Counted from the first letter of the stretch, positions 40,817-51,485 are shown. The stretch is 64,000 bases of DNA from Nitrosopumilus sp. (GCA_965214775.1 OZ243974.1:1888001-1952000), one strand, 5' to 3'. Notes: generated from the letters alone by a model not told the origin. A program made the numbers and translations.

Positions 40817-41203
40817 ATGAACCCGCAGGACGATTCAAAAAACTTGAGTGAGATTGTGATGGACAACTCCTTTCTGATTGCAATAGTCGCAGCAGGAGCA
40901 GTCATTCTGTCAGCTGGGTTGGATCCGTTTCACTCAGAGATGCTGCAGGCCCTGGGAGGTGCCTTTATTATCGCCGGTTCCGTAGGAATATACATGATGC
41001 TGGCAACACGCCGGGTAGTAAGGAGCCTTCACAAGCGGTTTGACGCATTAGATGACACCCTGAAAACCCATACCGAAATCCTCAAGGAGATGGCCTCATC
41101 TCAGAAGGAGATGACCTCATCTCAGAATCAAAATCATGGTGAGCTGATGGGTGTCATGACAAGGGTAATCTCTTCCTTGGAAAAAATAGAGAAAAAACTC
41201 TGA
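40817..41203 (+). CDS. small 2-TM protein with coiled-coil tail
   Basis: hydrophobic helices followed by RFDALDDTLK..ILKEM. Confidence 0.65.
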   Translation: MNPQDDSKNLSEIVMDNSFLIAIVAAGAVILSAGLDPFHSEMLQALGGAFIIAGSVGIYMMLATRRVVRSLHKRFDALDDTLKTHTEILKEMASSQKEMTSSQNQNHGELMGVMTRVISSLEKIEKKL

Positions 41204-41399
41204 TGTGTGTGGAAAACATCCTGACACTGCCAATACAGGAGGTTGAAAACCATGATACGTAGCAACGGGGGGTCACATCCCGTGCTGGCTAGGCATAGAA
41301 ATCATAATTACACATACCCAGTAGACGGAAATGTAACCCCACAAAGACCACCTCGACCCTACGGCGGCAGTGGTGGGCCGGCAAACCCGTATTCTGCAA

Positions 41400-41834
41400 G
41401 ATTCCTTCTAGCAGCCATGAGAAGCGCGCATGAAACTGGTAGTCGAGACACGCGCGCTGGCCGTAGCATTCAGGGAGGCAGGTTGCGCGAGATTTGCCAC
41501 AAAGCTTGAGAACGCCTCAGAATGCCTGTACACGTTCGTGCTGTATCCGGGCATGGAGCCCACCAACAACATGGCCGAGCGCATGCTGAGGCCGTCCGTA
41601 ATTGCGCGCAAGATATTCCAGGGACTCCGTACCATGGAGGGCATGGAGATGTTCACCGTGCTGATGACATGCACGATGAACTGGCGCGCCCAAGGGTTGC
41701 AACGTGAGTGAAATGGTCGCCAAGACCCTGTTGACGATTTCCCATTACATTATGGTGCCATACGTTGGTTGCAACGTGAGTGAAATGGTCGCCAAGACCC
41801 TGACTGGAAACGTCGCCTGAGGGGTAAACCCATA
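41400..41834 (+). pseudogene. IS66 transposase 3' remnant with right IR
   Basis: EPTNNMAERMLR; end GAGGGGTAAACCATAC. Confidence 0.8.
41695..41802. repeat. 36-bp exact direct repeat pair with 36-bp spacer (CRISPR-like unit)
   Basis: GGTTGCAACGTGAGTGAAATGGTCGCCAAGACCCTG at 41695-41730 and 41767-41802. Confidence 0.9.
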
Positions 41835-41890
41835 CTGCGATGATCCGCGCTTAACGTATATAAGAGAAGGTTCAAACTCGGTTTCTGTAG

Positions 41891-42373
41891 ATGGCCTATT
41901 CGAAAATATTAAGAAGACTTCGAGAAGAAAAGACCAATTATAAAAAACGCGGCACCATGCTTATGGGCAAACGTGATTTCATTACGGTCACCATTTCAAA
42001 TGAAAATACCCAAGTCCAAATTCTAAAGCCTGAAATGACTGGCGACAAGGTCATTGCATCGGCCCATTCCAGATATCTGTTGGAAAAAGGATGGAAAGGC
42101 TCCAGAAAGAGTGTCCCGGCCGCATATCTGACAGGATACCTGGCTGGAAAGAAGGCGCTTGGCCAAGGAGCAAACAATGCAATCTTGTATGCAGGTACCA
42201 GAAAATACACTCAAAGAATGGCAGCTGCCCTAAAGGGAATAATTGATGCCGGCGTCCAAGTACCTGCCAATGAGGAAACCTTTCCTGCCGAAGAGAGAAT
42301 TAACGGTGAGCATCTTACAGTAAAAAACGATGTCCTAAAAATGAAATCGACAATTGATACTGAGGTCAAATGA
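41891..42373 (+). CDS. rpl18: 50S ribosomal protein L18
   Basis: RR.RE.KTNY.KR, AAYLTG. Confidence 0.95.
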   Translation: MAYSKILRRLREEKTNYKKRGTMLMGKRDFITVTISNENTQVQILKPEMTGDKVIASAHSRYLLEKGWKGSRKSVPAAYLTGYLAGKKALGQGANNAILYAGTRKYTQRMAAALKGIIDAGVQVPANEETFPAEERINGEHLTVKNDVLKMKSTIDTEVK

Positions 42374-42374
42374 A

Positions 42375-43031
42375 ATGAATCAAACAACGCAAACTAGGGG
42401 GGATGGAGGACGTCCACGAAGGCCAAGACGAGAACCCGAGGAGGAAGTCTGGGTACCAAAAACAATTTTAGGAAAAAAGGTATCCTCCGGCGAAATATCC
42501 ACTCTGGAGGAAATCATTGAATCAGGATTACGAATTCAAGAAGCTGGAATCATCAAAAAATTACTTCCGGATTTGAAAAATGAAGTCGTTGACGTTGGCA
42601 TAATTCAAAAAATGACCTCAAACGGCCAATCAACCAGGTTCAAAGCAATTGTAGCTGCTGGAAATGAAAACGGATATCTTGGCATTGGCCAGGGCAAATC
42701 CAAACAAATGAGAATTGCGATTGAAAAAGCAACCAATGCCGCATATCTAAACGTAAACCCTATCAAACTAGGCTGTGGCAGCTGGGAATGCAGGTGTGAT
42801 CAAAAACATTCTGTCCCGTTCAAGGTCAGAGGAAAAGGCGGAAGCGTCACCATTGAAATCATTCCCGCTCCTCGCGGGCTGGGCCTAGTGGCAGGCGGCA
42901 AAATCAAACGATTGTTGGAACTAGCCGGTCTCAAAGACGCGTGGACTACTGCAAAAGGCTCTACTCCTACGATGAATTCCACTTCTAAAGCAATTTTGGA
43001 CTGTCTTAGGCAGACATTTAGCCAGGGTTGA
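42375..43031 (+). CDS. rps5: 30S ribosomal protein S5
   Basis: WVPKT.LG, GCGSWEC, PAPRGLGL. Confidence 0.97.
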   Translation: MNQTTQTRGDGGRPRRPRREPEEEVWVPKTILGKKVSSGEISTLEEIIESGLRIQEAGIIKKLLPDLKNEVVDVGIIQKMTSNGQSTRFKAIVAAGNENGYLGIGQGKSKQMRIAIEKATNAAYLNVNPIKLGCGSWECRCDQKHSVPFKVRGKGGSVTIEIIPAPRGLGLVAGGKIKRLLELAGLKDAWTTAKGSTPTMNSTSKAILDCLRQTFSQG

Positions 43032-43036
43032 TGAAA

Positions 43037-43504
43037 ATGGCTGATGCATATCTTGTTGTTAGGATTAAAGGACAGGCTGATGTTCCGTATTGGGCAACTT
43101 ATACGATGTCACTGCTGAAACTAGACAAAAAATACCGTGCAACAATTCTTCCGGCAAAGGATAACACCCTTGGCATGCTCAAAAAGGTACAACATTACGT
43201 CTCGTGGATTAAACTGGATGCCTCCCTTGCAAAGGAATTGATTGACAAGAAAGCAAGAAAATCCGGATATCGAAAAGTCACTCCCGAAGATCTAAAGGAA
43301 CTTGGATTTGCAAATACTGATGAACTGGCAACTGCACTATCTGAAGGCAAGGCAACCTTGTCAAAACTGAAACCTCTAAAACCGTGGTTTGCTTTGGCGC
43401 CTCCCAGACTTGGATTTAAGAGAAGCACCAAGAGACTGTATGGGCAAAAAGGAGTCCTGGGGCAAAACAAGGAGCTTGATGCCATCGTCAGGAGGATGAT
43501 TTAA
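43037..43504 (+). CDS. rpl30: 50S ribosomal protein L30
   Basis: VVRIKG, GMLKKV, operon position. Confidence 0.94.
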   Translation: MADAYLVVRIKGQADVPYWATYTMSLLKLDKKYRATILPAKDNTLGMLKKVQHYVSWIKLDASLAKELIDKKARKSGYRKVTPEDLKELGFANTDELATALSEGKATLSKLKPLKPWFALAPPRLGFKRSTKRLYGQKGVLGQNKELDAIVRRMI

Positions 43505-43505
43505 C

Positions 43506-43931
43506 ATGGCAACCAGACTGCGAAAAACAAGGCGGCTCAGAGGCGGACGACACATGGGATGGGGGCAGGTAGGCCAGCATCGTGCAAGCGGTCACAAGGG
43601 CGGTCTTGGAATTACCGGCATGATGAAGCACCACTACAGCACTTTGTTAAAGGATGACCCAGATCATTATGGCCATGATTCAACTAAACCACCTCACCCA
43701 AACATTACAAAGAAATGGGCCAGCGTCCGTGATCTTGATGACTTGTTCGGTAAGTTCGGTAAAGAAGAAGAAGGAAAGAAGATCATCGACCTGCAAAGTG
43801 CGGGATTTGAAAAACTCCTTGGCGGCGGAAAATTAACCAATGCGTATTCGGTCAAAATACCAAAGTTCACATCATCTGCTGAAGAGAAATTAAAGGCCGC
43901 CGGGGGAGAGGTGCTGTCTGACAATGGCTGA
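43506..43931 (+). CDS. rpl15: 50S ribosomal protein L15
   Basis: RGGRHMGWG, KLLGGG, AGGEV. Confidence 0.95.
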   Translation: MATRLRKTRRLRGGRHMGWGQVGQHRASGHKGGLGITGMMKHHYSTLLKDDPDHYGHDSTKPPHPNITKKWASVRDLDDLFGKFGKEEEGKKIIDLQSAGFEKLLGGGKLTNAYSVKIPKFTSSAEEKLKAAGGEVLSDNG

Positions 43932-45354
43932 GGGCACTGTCACTAGCTTCATTAGAAAGGCGGTATTCAGGGCCGAGCCATATCTGCCACAGGTTCCAAA
44001 GCCAAAAAAGAAGATTCCCCTGCCGACTCGACTGCTCTGGTGTGGGGTCGCATTGCTTATCTACATGGTCATGGGCCAGACTCCGCTGTTTGGAGCGACC
44101 GCGCCAGAGTTTGATTTTCTTGCCTTTGCAAGGGTTATTTTTGCATCACAGCAGGGTACCCTTGTTGAACTGGGAATTGGACCGATAGTTACGGCGGGAC
44201 TCTTAATGCAATTGCTGAGAGGCTCTGACATTCTCAAATTTGACTTTAAGAAACCTGAAGAGAGAGGCATATTCCAGACTGCGACAAAGATGGTCACTTA
44301 CATTGTAATTGTGGCCGAGTCCATCGTATATGGCGCAGCTGTCTACGGTCCCGGGCTTTCAGATCCCAACATTCTCTATATAATGATAGGGCAGCTGATG
44401 GCGGCTTCTGTCATAATCATGTTCCTAGACGAGCTGATTCAGAAGGGATGGGGAATTGGAAGCGGAATCAGCCTGTTCATTATGGCAGGTGTAGCCCAGC
44501 AAATTCTATGGAGCCTGTTTAGCCCGCTGCCTGCAGGTGACGGGGGAACAATCGGCATTCTGCCGTATATTGGCCAGTCGATTATGAACGGCGATGTCTC
44601 AAACATCTTCTTCCGTTCAAACCAGCTGCCGAGCATATTTGGCCTCTGTCTGACGGCAGGCGTACTGCTGATTCTGGTATTTACCCAGGGAATGAAAATC
44701 GAGATTCCGATTGTATCTACAAAATACAGGGGATTTTCTGCCGTTTATCCAATCAAACTGATGTATGTATCAAACATTCCGGTCATCCTAGCATCCGCAC
44801 TGACTGCAAACGCGGTGTTCATATTCCAGATGCTGTGGGCCAACATGAACCCCAGAAACAATAACTTCTTCATGAATTTTGTCGCGCAGTTTGATCCTAC
44901 CAGTCCCTCGACTCCGATAGGCGGCATCATCTACTATATCACTCCTCCTAGGGGCCTTGATGTTGCCGCGTTGGATCCGGGCCGTGCCGTAGGATATGTC
45001 TTGTTTATGATAGGAATCGTGGTCGTCTTTGGCAAGCTGTGGGTTGAGCTTGGCGGCTTGTCACCAAACAAGGCAGCCCAGAACCTGCTTGATGCAGACG
45101 TGCAGGTTCCTGGATTTAGAAGATCAAACAAGCCCATCGAGTCACTGCTAAACAAGTACATTCCGTCTGTGACAATCATCGGATCCATGATTCTGGGCCT
45201 GCTTGCAGGCGTTTCTGACGTATTGGGCGTGTTTGGCTCGGGAATCGGGGTTTTACTCATGGTGGATATTCTCATCAACTATTACACACAGCTAGTCAGG
45301 GAACAAGTGGAAGTCGTCATGCCGCGTTTGGGTGCGTTACTTGGCAGAAAATAA
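43924..45354 (+). CDS. secY: protein translocase SecY
   Basis: ELGIGPIVTA, GSGISLFI, YVSNIP, PGFR. Confidence 0.97.
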   Translation: MAEGTVTSFIRKAVFRAEPYLPQVPKPKKKIPLPTRLLWCGVALLIYMVMGQTPLFGATAPEFDFLAFARVIFASQQGTLVELGIGPIVTAGLLMQLLRGSDILKFDFKKPEERGIFQTATKMVTYIVIVAESIVYGAAVYGPGLSDPNILYIMIGQLMAASVIIMFLDELIQKGWGIGSGISLFIMAGVAQQILWSLFSPLPAGDGGTIGILPYIGQSIMNGDVSNIFFRSNQLPSIFGLCLTAGVLLILVFTQGMKIEIPIVSTKYRGFSAVYPIKLMYVSNIPVILASALTANAVFIFQMLWANMNPRNNNFFMNFVAQFDPTSPSTPIGGIIYYITPPRGLDVAALDPGRAVGYVLFMIGIVVVFGKLWVELGGLSPNKAAQNLLDADVQVPGFRRSNKPIESLLNKYIPSVTIIGSMILGLLAGVSDVLGVFGSGIGVLLMVDILINYYTQLVREQVEVVMPRLGALLGRK

Positions 45355-45919
45355 AAAGATCATAATGGTGGGGATCCCCGGTGTGGGGAAAACCAGCCTG
45401 CTGTCAAAAATCCAAGAGACTGTCAAAAATCACCAGAAGACTGTCAGCGTAACTAGTTTTGGAACCCTGATGTTTGATGTTGCAAAAGAAAACGGCCTAT
45501 CGGACAGGGACGGTCTTAGAAAACTCCCCGTTTCAGAACAACAGAACTTACAAAAAATTGCCGCCGAAAAGATTGCCGCACAAAATTCAGACATTGTGAT
45601 TATTGACACTCATGCATTTATCAGTTCCCCGGAAGGATACTATCCCGGACTGCCTGAACATGTTCTGAAAATCATCAGCCCTACAAATTTTGTCTCAGTG
45701 TCTGCCAAGCCCGAGGAAATCTATAACCGCAGGATGAAGGATGATACCAGAAACAGAGACAAGATCACCCTTGCCAATATCAAAAAAGAGCTGGACGTCC
45801 AATCAGGCATGATCTCTGCCTGTACCGTTTTGACAGGCGCCCCTGTAAAGCATATCCTAAACGGCGAGGGAAAGATTGACGAGGCAGCAGACAAGATAAT
45901 CAAGGCAATAGGGCTGTAG
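45341..45919 (+). CDS. adkA: archaeal adenylate kinase
   Basis: GIPGVGKT, DTH, PGLP. Confidence 0.94.
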   Translation: MAENKKIIMVGIPGVGKTSLLSKIQETVKNHQKTVSVTSFGTLMFDVAKENGLSDRDGLRKLPVSEQQNLQKIAAEKIAAQNSDIVIIDTHAFISSPEGYYPGLPEHVLKIISPTNFVSVSAKPEEIYNRRMKDDTRNRDKITLANIKKELDVQSGMISACTVLTGAPVKHILNGEGKIDEAADKIIKAIGL

Positions 45920-45974
45920 AGGTGGGCCTTGGCTTGCAACCAAATGAAAATGCTGCAGAAAACGCATGTCATAC

Positions 45975-46056
45975 TAGACTTTATGCGTAATCGACCTGAA
46001 TGAGATGAATTTGTTCATAATAATCCCAGATCTGAGCCGATTATGCATAAAGTCTA
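45975..46056. mobile_element. MITE of the 37771 IS5 element
   Basis: IR TAGACTTTATGC.TAATCG. Confidence 0.85.
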
Positions 46057-46210
46057 AAGTTGAACTTTTGCGTTGGTGTGATGATGTTGTAATTTTCAGG
46101 GGGCGTATGGCGCATCCAGTGTGCCTGCCTGAGAGCGTGGGGGCGGCTTGGCGCCGCTGGAGTGGACGTTCGGCATCCTGGTTGCTTGAGTCATGTTCCG
46201 GTGCCTCCTG

Positions 46211-46817
46211 AGAGTTGATTCGAAATTAGCACGTCTTGATTATTTGTGAACGAATTTGCATAAAGCAGCTCAAAACATCAACAAAACGCAAGATATCTGT
46301 GAAATTACTTGGAAAATTCGCACGGCTTCTAATTCCGGATCACATCTCCGGAACGAAGTGCCAACGGCATGATGATTGGCGCGCCGGCATAAGCACCGTC
46401 CGGGTCATGTCCTGTTAGGGGGGGGGCGGTTGTCGCCTAATTCCACTTGTTTTACTCAACCTACACGTTTTTCTGAATTTCCGCCCTTTTACACGCCTGA
46501 TCCACTGGCATCTCAGCGGTTTTCAGGATTTCTGGCGAATTAGGCGACAACCCCGGTGACATGATGATGATGATGGCAGCAAGCGGTGTGCGATATGAGG
46601 ATTCGTTCCGATCCGGCGCGCAGCTGCAGTCCTGATTCCAAAAAAACATGGCAGATTGTACCAAAATCCAGCTTCCAGAGCCCGATCAGACAGATTCGTG
46701 CCTGGAATCAGGAACAGCTTCCAGAGCCCGATCTGTTACATTTTACTGGCATTTGGATCGGGTTGGTGTACATTATGTGTCTGTTTGATCAAAATTTGCT
46801 AATTTCGAATCAACTCT
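46211..46817. mobile_element. IS5-type MITE composite containing a 130-bp MITE (46426-46554) and an IS66 right end (46555-46739)
   Basis: outer IR AGAGTTGATTCGAAATTAGCA with TSD CTG; 46555-46739 matches 4845-5032. Confidence 0.8.
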
Positions 46818-47166
46818 CTGGGAGATCGAGGTTCTGTTGAAGGCAGGACACCCTAGGCTCATGGCAATAGAGGAGTACCCTCCGCTTGTGAAACCGGATG
46901 ACGTTTACTAACCGGGCTTTTTGACGTGCTGCTTTGGATTTTGTGTTGTTTTTGTCTTGTTATTGAGGAATCCGCCCATTACCCGGTTTCTGTTTTTACT
47001 TGATTTTTTTTTGGCACATTTCACTTGACTGGAAATTAGGTCCTCACGAAGCTATCTCAAATAGCGATTCCAAACTCGACGCAATCAAAATTAGTCATGC
47101 CTGCAGATCCGCATGTATCTGTCTGCGTTACCATGAATCAGGCTACATCTGTGAAGACAGGCTATG

Positions 47167-47287
47167 CAGTCTTCCCAGAAGTACGCGATTCATGACTGTC
47201 CAGATGCCGGCAAGTGAATCTGCAGGCGTCATAACTTGGTTTGCCTCAAATCCGGAGCCGTTTTCCGGGTTACTTCTGGGAAGACTG
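47167..47287. mobile_element. ISH3/IS4-type MITE
   Basis: IR CAGTCTTCCCAGAAGTA; TSD CTATG. Confidence 0.85.
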
Positions 47288-47995
47288 CTATGGGAGATAT
47301 CGTTTTATATCGAATCCTCTTTCCACCAGTTTTTCAAATGTTTGAGGCTTGATGCATACAAGTACATTGTTGTTACGTTCAAATAATTCAAGTCCGTCAT
47401 TGCAGTGTATCTTGTTTGATGGAATCCCAAATTCACTTGGCTGAATTTTTGGAGAAGTATGTTTGCCGATGATTCTTTTAGCAATTTCATATCTGCCTTC
47501 GCCTGCAAGTACGATAGAGTCAGTCATATTTTTACCTCCAATATCTAAAGTTGCCTTTCCATTGTCTCCTTTTTCATATATTCGTAAAACCAAATCTTGA
47601 TAGTCATACCTAGTGATATCATTACACATGTTCATGCCAATTCCCAGATTTTTGTCTTCATGATGGCTTTTGTCTCCAACCAGCCAAACGTTTCCTACGT
47701 TGAAATTTCCTATTATGTTTCCAGTGTTAATACTTGCCCACGGATTATTTTGTAAAAACAGTCGAATGAGATAGTCTTCTTCCAACACATTTCTTCCTTC
47801 TTCATAAGTAAATTCTAATCCCTCACAATCCCGTTTGTATTCACATGAATTGAGTAACTCATTTGGATACTTTGAATGGTACTCGCATGCCTCAGTTTGT
47901 TTAGGGGATGTCGCTTCTTCATCACGCAACTCGGCAAAAATCAGCGTACTTGGTACAAGCAATAATAAAAAAAGAAAAAAAAGAAGATATCTCAA
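47288..47995 (-). CDS. secreted hypothetical protein with a thaumarchaeal-type C-terminal Cys motif
   Basis: signal peptide; GIP..I.C.DGL....CIKP.T.EKL.ERG. Confidence 0.7.
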   Translation of the reverse strand: MRYLLFFLFLLLLVPSTLIFAELRDEEATSPKQTEACEYHSKYPNELLNSCEYKRDCEGLEFTYEEGRNVLEEDYLIRLFLQNNPWASINTGNIIGNFNVGNVWLVGDKSHHEDKNLGIGMNMCNDITRYDYQDLVLRIYEKGDNGKATLDIGGKNMTDSIVLAGEGRYEIAKRIIGKHTSPKIQPSEFGIPSNKIHCNDGLELFERNNNVLVCIKPQTFEKLVERGFDIKRYLP

Positions 47996-48048
47996 GTCTT
48001 TCCTACTATCCCTAACATACTTTATATTTTATCGTATGTGATAAACTT

Positions 48049-48169
48049 CAGTCTTCCCAGAAGTTCCCAGAAAAACGGCCCCACATTTGACACAATTCAG
48101 ATTATGATGCCTGCAGATCCGCATGCAGCCGTCTGCACTGCCATGAGTCAGTTACATCTGTGAAGACTG
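48049..48169. mobile_element. ISH3/IS4-type MITE
   Basis: IR CAGTCTTC; TAAACTT on both flanks. Confidence 0.8.
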
Positions 48170-48380
48170 TAAACTTGGAATATCTGCCGCCTTGAGAACA
48201 AGTTGGTTGGTCGCAGAAGCCTGAATCAGCAAGACCTATGTGCATTCCATACACAGTGAAATCTCCTCTAATTATTTTTCCAACCGGGGAACCGCTATCA
48301 CCGGGACATTGATCATATCCAGAGTAGGCATAACCAATTCCCACTGCCGATACTGCACCCACATCATATCCGTAGAGACC
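48170..48380 (-). pseudogene. trypsin-like (S1) protease C-terminal remnant
   Basis: PGDSGSP...VYGMHIG. Confidence 0.5.
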
Positions 48381-48837
48381 TGATTTGCACGCATACTATA
48401 GTACCAACATCAAAAAATGGAATATGATTTTGACACGTCGTGCCTATTTCGCCAAAAAAAAATATTCGATTTTCAACTGCACACACTATGCCCAACTCGG
48501 GTATTGCTTGTGGAATAACCTGTGATGTCGTAATCCAGCCCATAAAGATGAACGGTAATATCCACGGTTTTGCCGGGATTCAGGTTCGGCAAATTCGGCA
48601 TCCTCAGTTGTGATTGCCGTCATATACTCCAGTCTAGAACCCCGATTTTGTGGGAATTCCAAGCAGACATTGGATCGTGTTGAGAATCCGAAACGCCGTC
48701 GTAATCGGCGCTAGGGGCACCCCAAAAAATGAGCGTGATGGATCCAAATCAGGCTTCACACTGCTCGTACTGCCTGCAAAAACAGGAATAAAATCGGAAT
48801 TTTAATAAAATAAGCATATGAAGCGTGTGTGGGAAAA

Positions 48838-49461
48838 ATGGATTTCAACGCTATCTTCTTGTTTATCGAGTCAATCCACCTCCAGCTTGACTTCTTTGGG
48901 GGTGAAAGCGGCGCATTGGGAAGCGACGATCCGATCATCAAGGGATTGATCCTCTCCATGTTTGCAGTCGCCGGATTCGGAATTCTCCTAAACGTGTTTA
49001 ACGCCGCTGTCAGAAAGAAGATGGTCGACCAGGTAAAGCTAAAACGAATAATGAAAGAGACGAGAGCCTACCAAAAGGAAAGGATGGCCGCCATGCGGGC
49101 AAAAGACCAGGAAAAAATGAGCGAGCTTGGCAAAAAATCCGCATACATGAACAAGATGTCCATGGAAATGATGCAGATGAACATGCGCCCGATGATGATC
49201 ACTTTTGTTCCTTTGATTCTGATCTTCTATTTCGTACTGCCACAGCTGTTCTCTTATACCGTTGCAATTTCGCCAATCCCGCTAAATGTCATCCCTGGAG
49301 ATCTCTTCCAGCTTACATGTACTGCCGAGCAGGCAGCCGATCCAGAACATGTCTGCGAAACCGAAAACGCCTTGTTTTTGTGGGCATGGTATTTCCTTTC
49401 ATCAATTGCATTTAGTGGCATTATTATGAAGCTGACAAAAACCTCCATGGATCTCAGTTGA
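48838..49461 (+). CDS. DUF106 / EMC3-TMCO1 (Oxa1-superfamily) membrane protein
   Basis: Met-rich coiled coil, RPMMITF.P, W.WYFL.S; sits between adk and cmk. Confidence 0.9.
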   Translation: MDFNAIFLFIESIHLQLDFFGGESGALGSDDPIIKGLILSMFAVAGFGILLNVFNAAVRKKMVDQVKLKRIMKETRAYQKERMAAMRAKDQEKMSELGKKSAYMNKMSMEMMQMNMRPMMITFVPLILIFYFVLPQLFSYTVAISPIPLNVIPGDLFQLTCTAEQAADPEHVCETENALFLWAWYFLSSIAFSGIIMKLTKTSMDLS

Positions 49462-50018
49462 CCAAGTCAATCGTAATTTCCGGGCCTCCTGCGGTTGGAA
49501 AAACGACTGTGGCAAAGGGACTGGCCGAAGAATTTCAACTGCAATATCTTAGTGGCGGCGACGTCCTAAAGGAGATGGCCAAAGAACAGGGGTTTGATTC
49601 TGACGGAGATAATTGGTGGGACACTCCTGGCGGAATGAAGTTTCTGAGCCAGAGGGAGGAAAATTCGGAATTTGATAGAAATTTGGATAACCGGCTGACT
49701 GAACTTTTTAACAAGGGAGGCATGGTTATTACCAGTTACACGCTGCCCTGGCTGATCTCTGGCGGAATCAAGATCTGGTTGGAGGGCTCCCATGCAAGCA
49801 GTACAAAACGGATGCAGTCCAGGGACAACATGAGCTCTGCTGACGCATATGAAATTACAAAAAAGCGTTTTGACAAAAACAAGGTGTTGTACAAAAAACT
49901 GTACAACTATGATTTTGGCGACGATACGTCCGTTTTTGACGTCATCATCAACACCGACAGTCTTACTGCACGACAGGTCATTGACGTGGCAAAAGAAACT
50001 GTGAGAAAACTGCTATGA
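49458..50018 (+). CDS. cmk: cytidylate kinase
   Basis: ISGPPAVGKTTVA; operon context. Confidence 0.9.
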   Translation: MTKSIVISGPPAVGKTTVAKGLAEEFQLQYLSGGDVLKEMAKEQGFDSDGDNWWDTPGGMKFLSQREENSEFDRNLDNRLTELFNKGGMVITSYTLPWLISGGIKIWLEGSHASSTKRMQSRDNMSSADAYEITKKRFDKNKVLYKKLYNYDFGDDTSVFDVIINTDSLTARQVIDVAKETVRKLL

Positions 50019-51016
50019 CACTAAAACAACTGGAAAACCTGATCGAAATTGATCAGGACATTACCGATGATGCCTTTGGAACATACTATGATCAACGCAC
50101 TGTAGAGCAGCTGCTAAACTATGGAATCATAATTTTGGACAAGCCGTCAGGCCCTACCAGTCATGAAGCCGTAGCATGGACCAAGCGAATTCTAAAACTG
50201 CCAAAAATCGGCCATAGCGGGACTCTGGATCCTCAGGTCTCCGGGGTTCTTCCCCTGGGTCTGGGCGAGGCCACAAAAGCCCTGGGCGTCTTGCTCTTGG
50301 GCCCCAAAGAATATCATGCACTAGGCAGGATCCATTCCCTTCCATCAAAAGAGAGGCTGTCTGAAACAATTGCGATGTTCCGGGGAGAAATCTTTCAAAA
50401 ACCCCCGCAGCGCTCTGCCGTTGCAAGACAAACCAGGACCAGATCCATCTATGAGCTTGAAGTCCTGGAACAAAAAGAGCGACTGCTGCTTACCCGTATT
50501 CTGTGTGAGGCCGGAACATACATCAGAAAACTGTACTATGACATTGGTGAAGTCCTGGGTCCTGGCGCAACCATGATTGAACTGCGAAGAACTCGGGTTG
50601 ACCAATTTAGGGAAACTGACGGTCTTGTTACCTTGCACCAGCTAGCCGATGCCTTTGCCTTTTGGGAGGAAAAGAATGACGACAGTAAATTGCTGAAAAT
50701 GATAAAGCCAGTCGAACTTGCGCTAAGCGAGATAAAGTCCGTTGTCATTCGCGACTCCGCAGTGGATGCAATGTGCCATGGTGCCCAGCTGGCAATTCCC
50801 GGAATCTTGAAAGTATCTGCCAACCTGAAAAAAGGGGATCTTGTTGGCATCTATACCCAAAAGGGAGAAGCCGTCGCACTGGCCGAATCCACAATGTCTG
50901 AAAGCGAGATTCGCGATGCGGTCAAGGGATATGCCTTTGAAACCAAGAGAATCATCATGGCTCCAAACACCTATCCTAAAAAATGGAGGACAAAGCCAAC
51001 TCCGCCAAGGGACTGA
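50015..51016 (+). CDS. cbf5: H/ACA pseudouridine synthase Cbf5
   Basis: DKPSGPTSH, GHSGTLDP, GTYIRKL, PUA domain. Confidence 0.96.
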   Translation: MTLKQLENLIEIDQDITDDAFGTYYDQRTVEQLLNYGIIILDKPSGPTSHEAVAWTKRILKLPKIGHSGTLDPQVSGVLPLGLGEATKALGVLLLGPKEYHALGRIHSLPSKERLSETIAMFRGEIFQKPPQRSAVARQTRTRSIYELEVLEQKERLLLTRILCEAGTYIRKLYYDIGEVLGPGATMIELRRTRVDQFRETDGLVTLHQLADAFAFWEEKNDDSKLLKMIKPVELALSEIKSVVIRDSAVDAMCHGAQLAIPGILKVSANLKKGDLVGIYTQKGEAVALAESTMSESEIRDAVKGYAFETKRIIMAPNTYPKKWRTKPTPPRD

Positions 51017-51038
51017 CTTTTTTTGAGGTTTTGAAGGA

Positions 51039-51485
51039 TTGTTTTCCAAAAGTCTTGTAATCTTTGTTGCAATCGGCATTCTAGCCGGCCTGGGATACGG
51101 GGCATACCTGATTGATTTTAAGACAACCAGCCAGCTTGTTTATGTTGAAGGGCCGTCCATCTCGATAGTCACTGAAAAATCCGATTTTAAACTTGGAGAG
51201 CAAATCAATATCAGAATTGTAAATTCCGGAACCGTCCCAGTTATATCCTATGATGTGTCTTATGGCCTGAGGGTTACGGGGCTGTCTGGAATTCTGATGT
51301 ATTCTGCTCCTGCCGGCGAGATAGAATCAACACTGGATCCCGGCGATGAAGTTGGGTTTTCATGGGATCAAACAAAAACTGACGGTGATGCTGCATTGGA
51401 GGGCCTTTACAAAATCTCGGCAAGAGTCTTTGATGGGCAGGGCAACGCTGTTGAAAAATCTACCACTATAACAATCTGGAAGTGA
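51039..51485 (+). CDS. membrane-anchored hypothetical protein (Ig-like beta domain)
   Basis: N-terminal TM; N.G...WDQ...G.Y pattern. Confidence 0.7.
   Translation: MFSKSLVIFVAIGILAGLGYGAYLIDFKTTSQLVYVEGPSISIVTEKSDFKLGEQINIRIVNSGTVPVISYDVSYGLRVTGLSGILMYSAPAGEIESTLDPGDEVGFSWDQTKTDGDAALEGLYKISARVFDGQGNAVEKSTTITIWK

Noticed and set aside
12928-41802. Calling the two 36-bp repeat pairs bona fide CRISPR arrays
   Set aside because: Only two repeats each, unrelated sequences, and no leader or cas genes in the window; kept as repeats and findings
28209-41891. Split of the L32e-L19e / L18 ribosomal operon as a novelty
   Set aside because: As I recall, this is the normal Nitrosopumilus gene order
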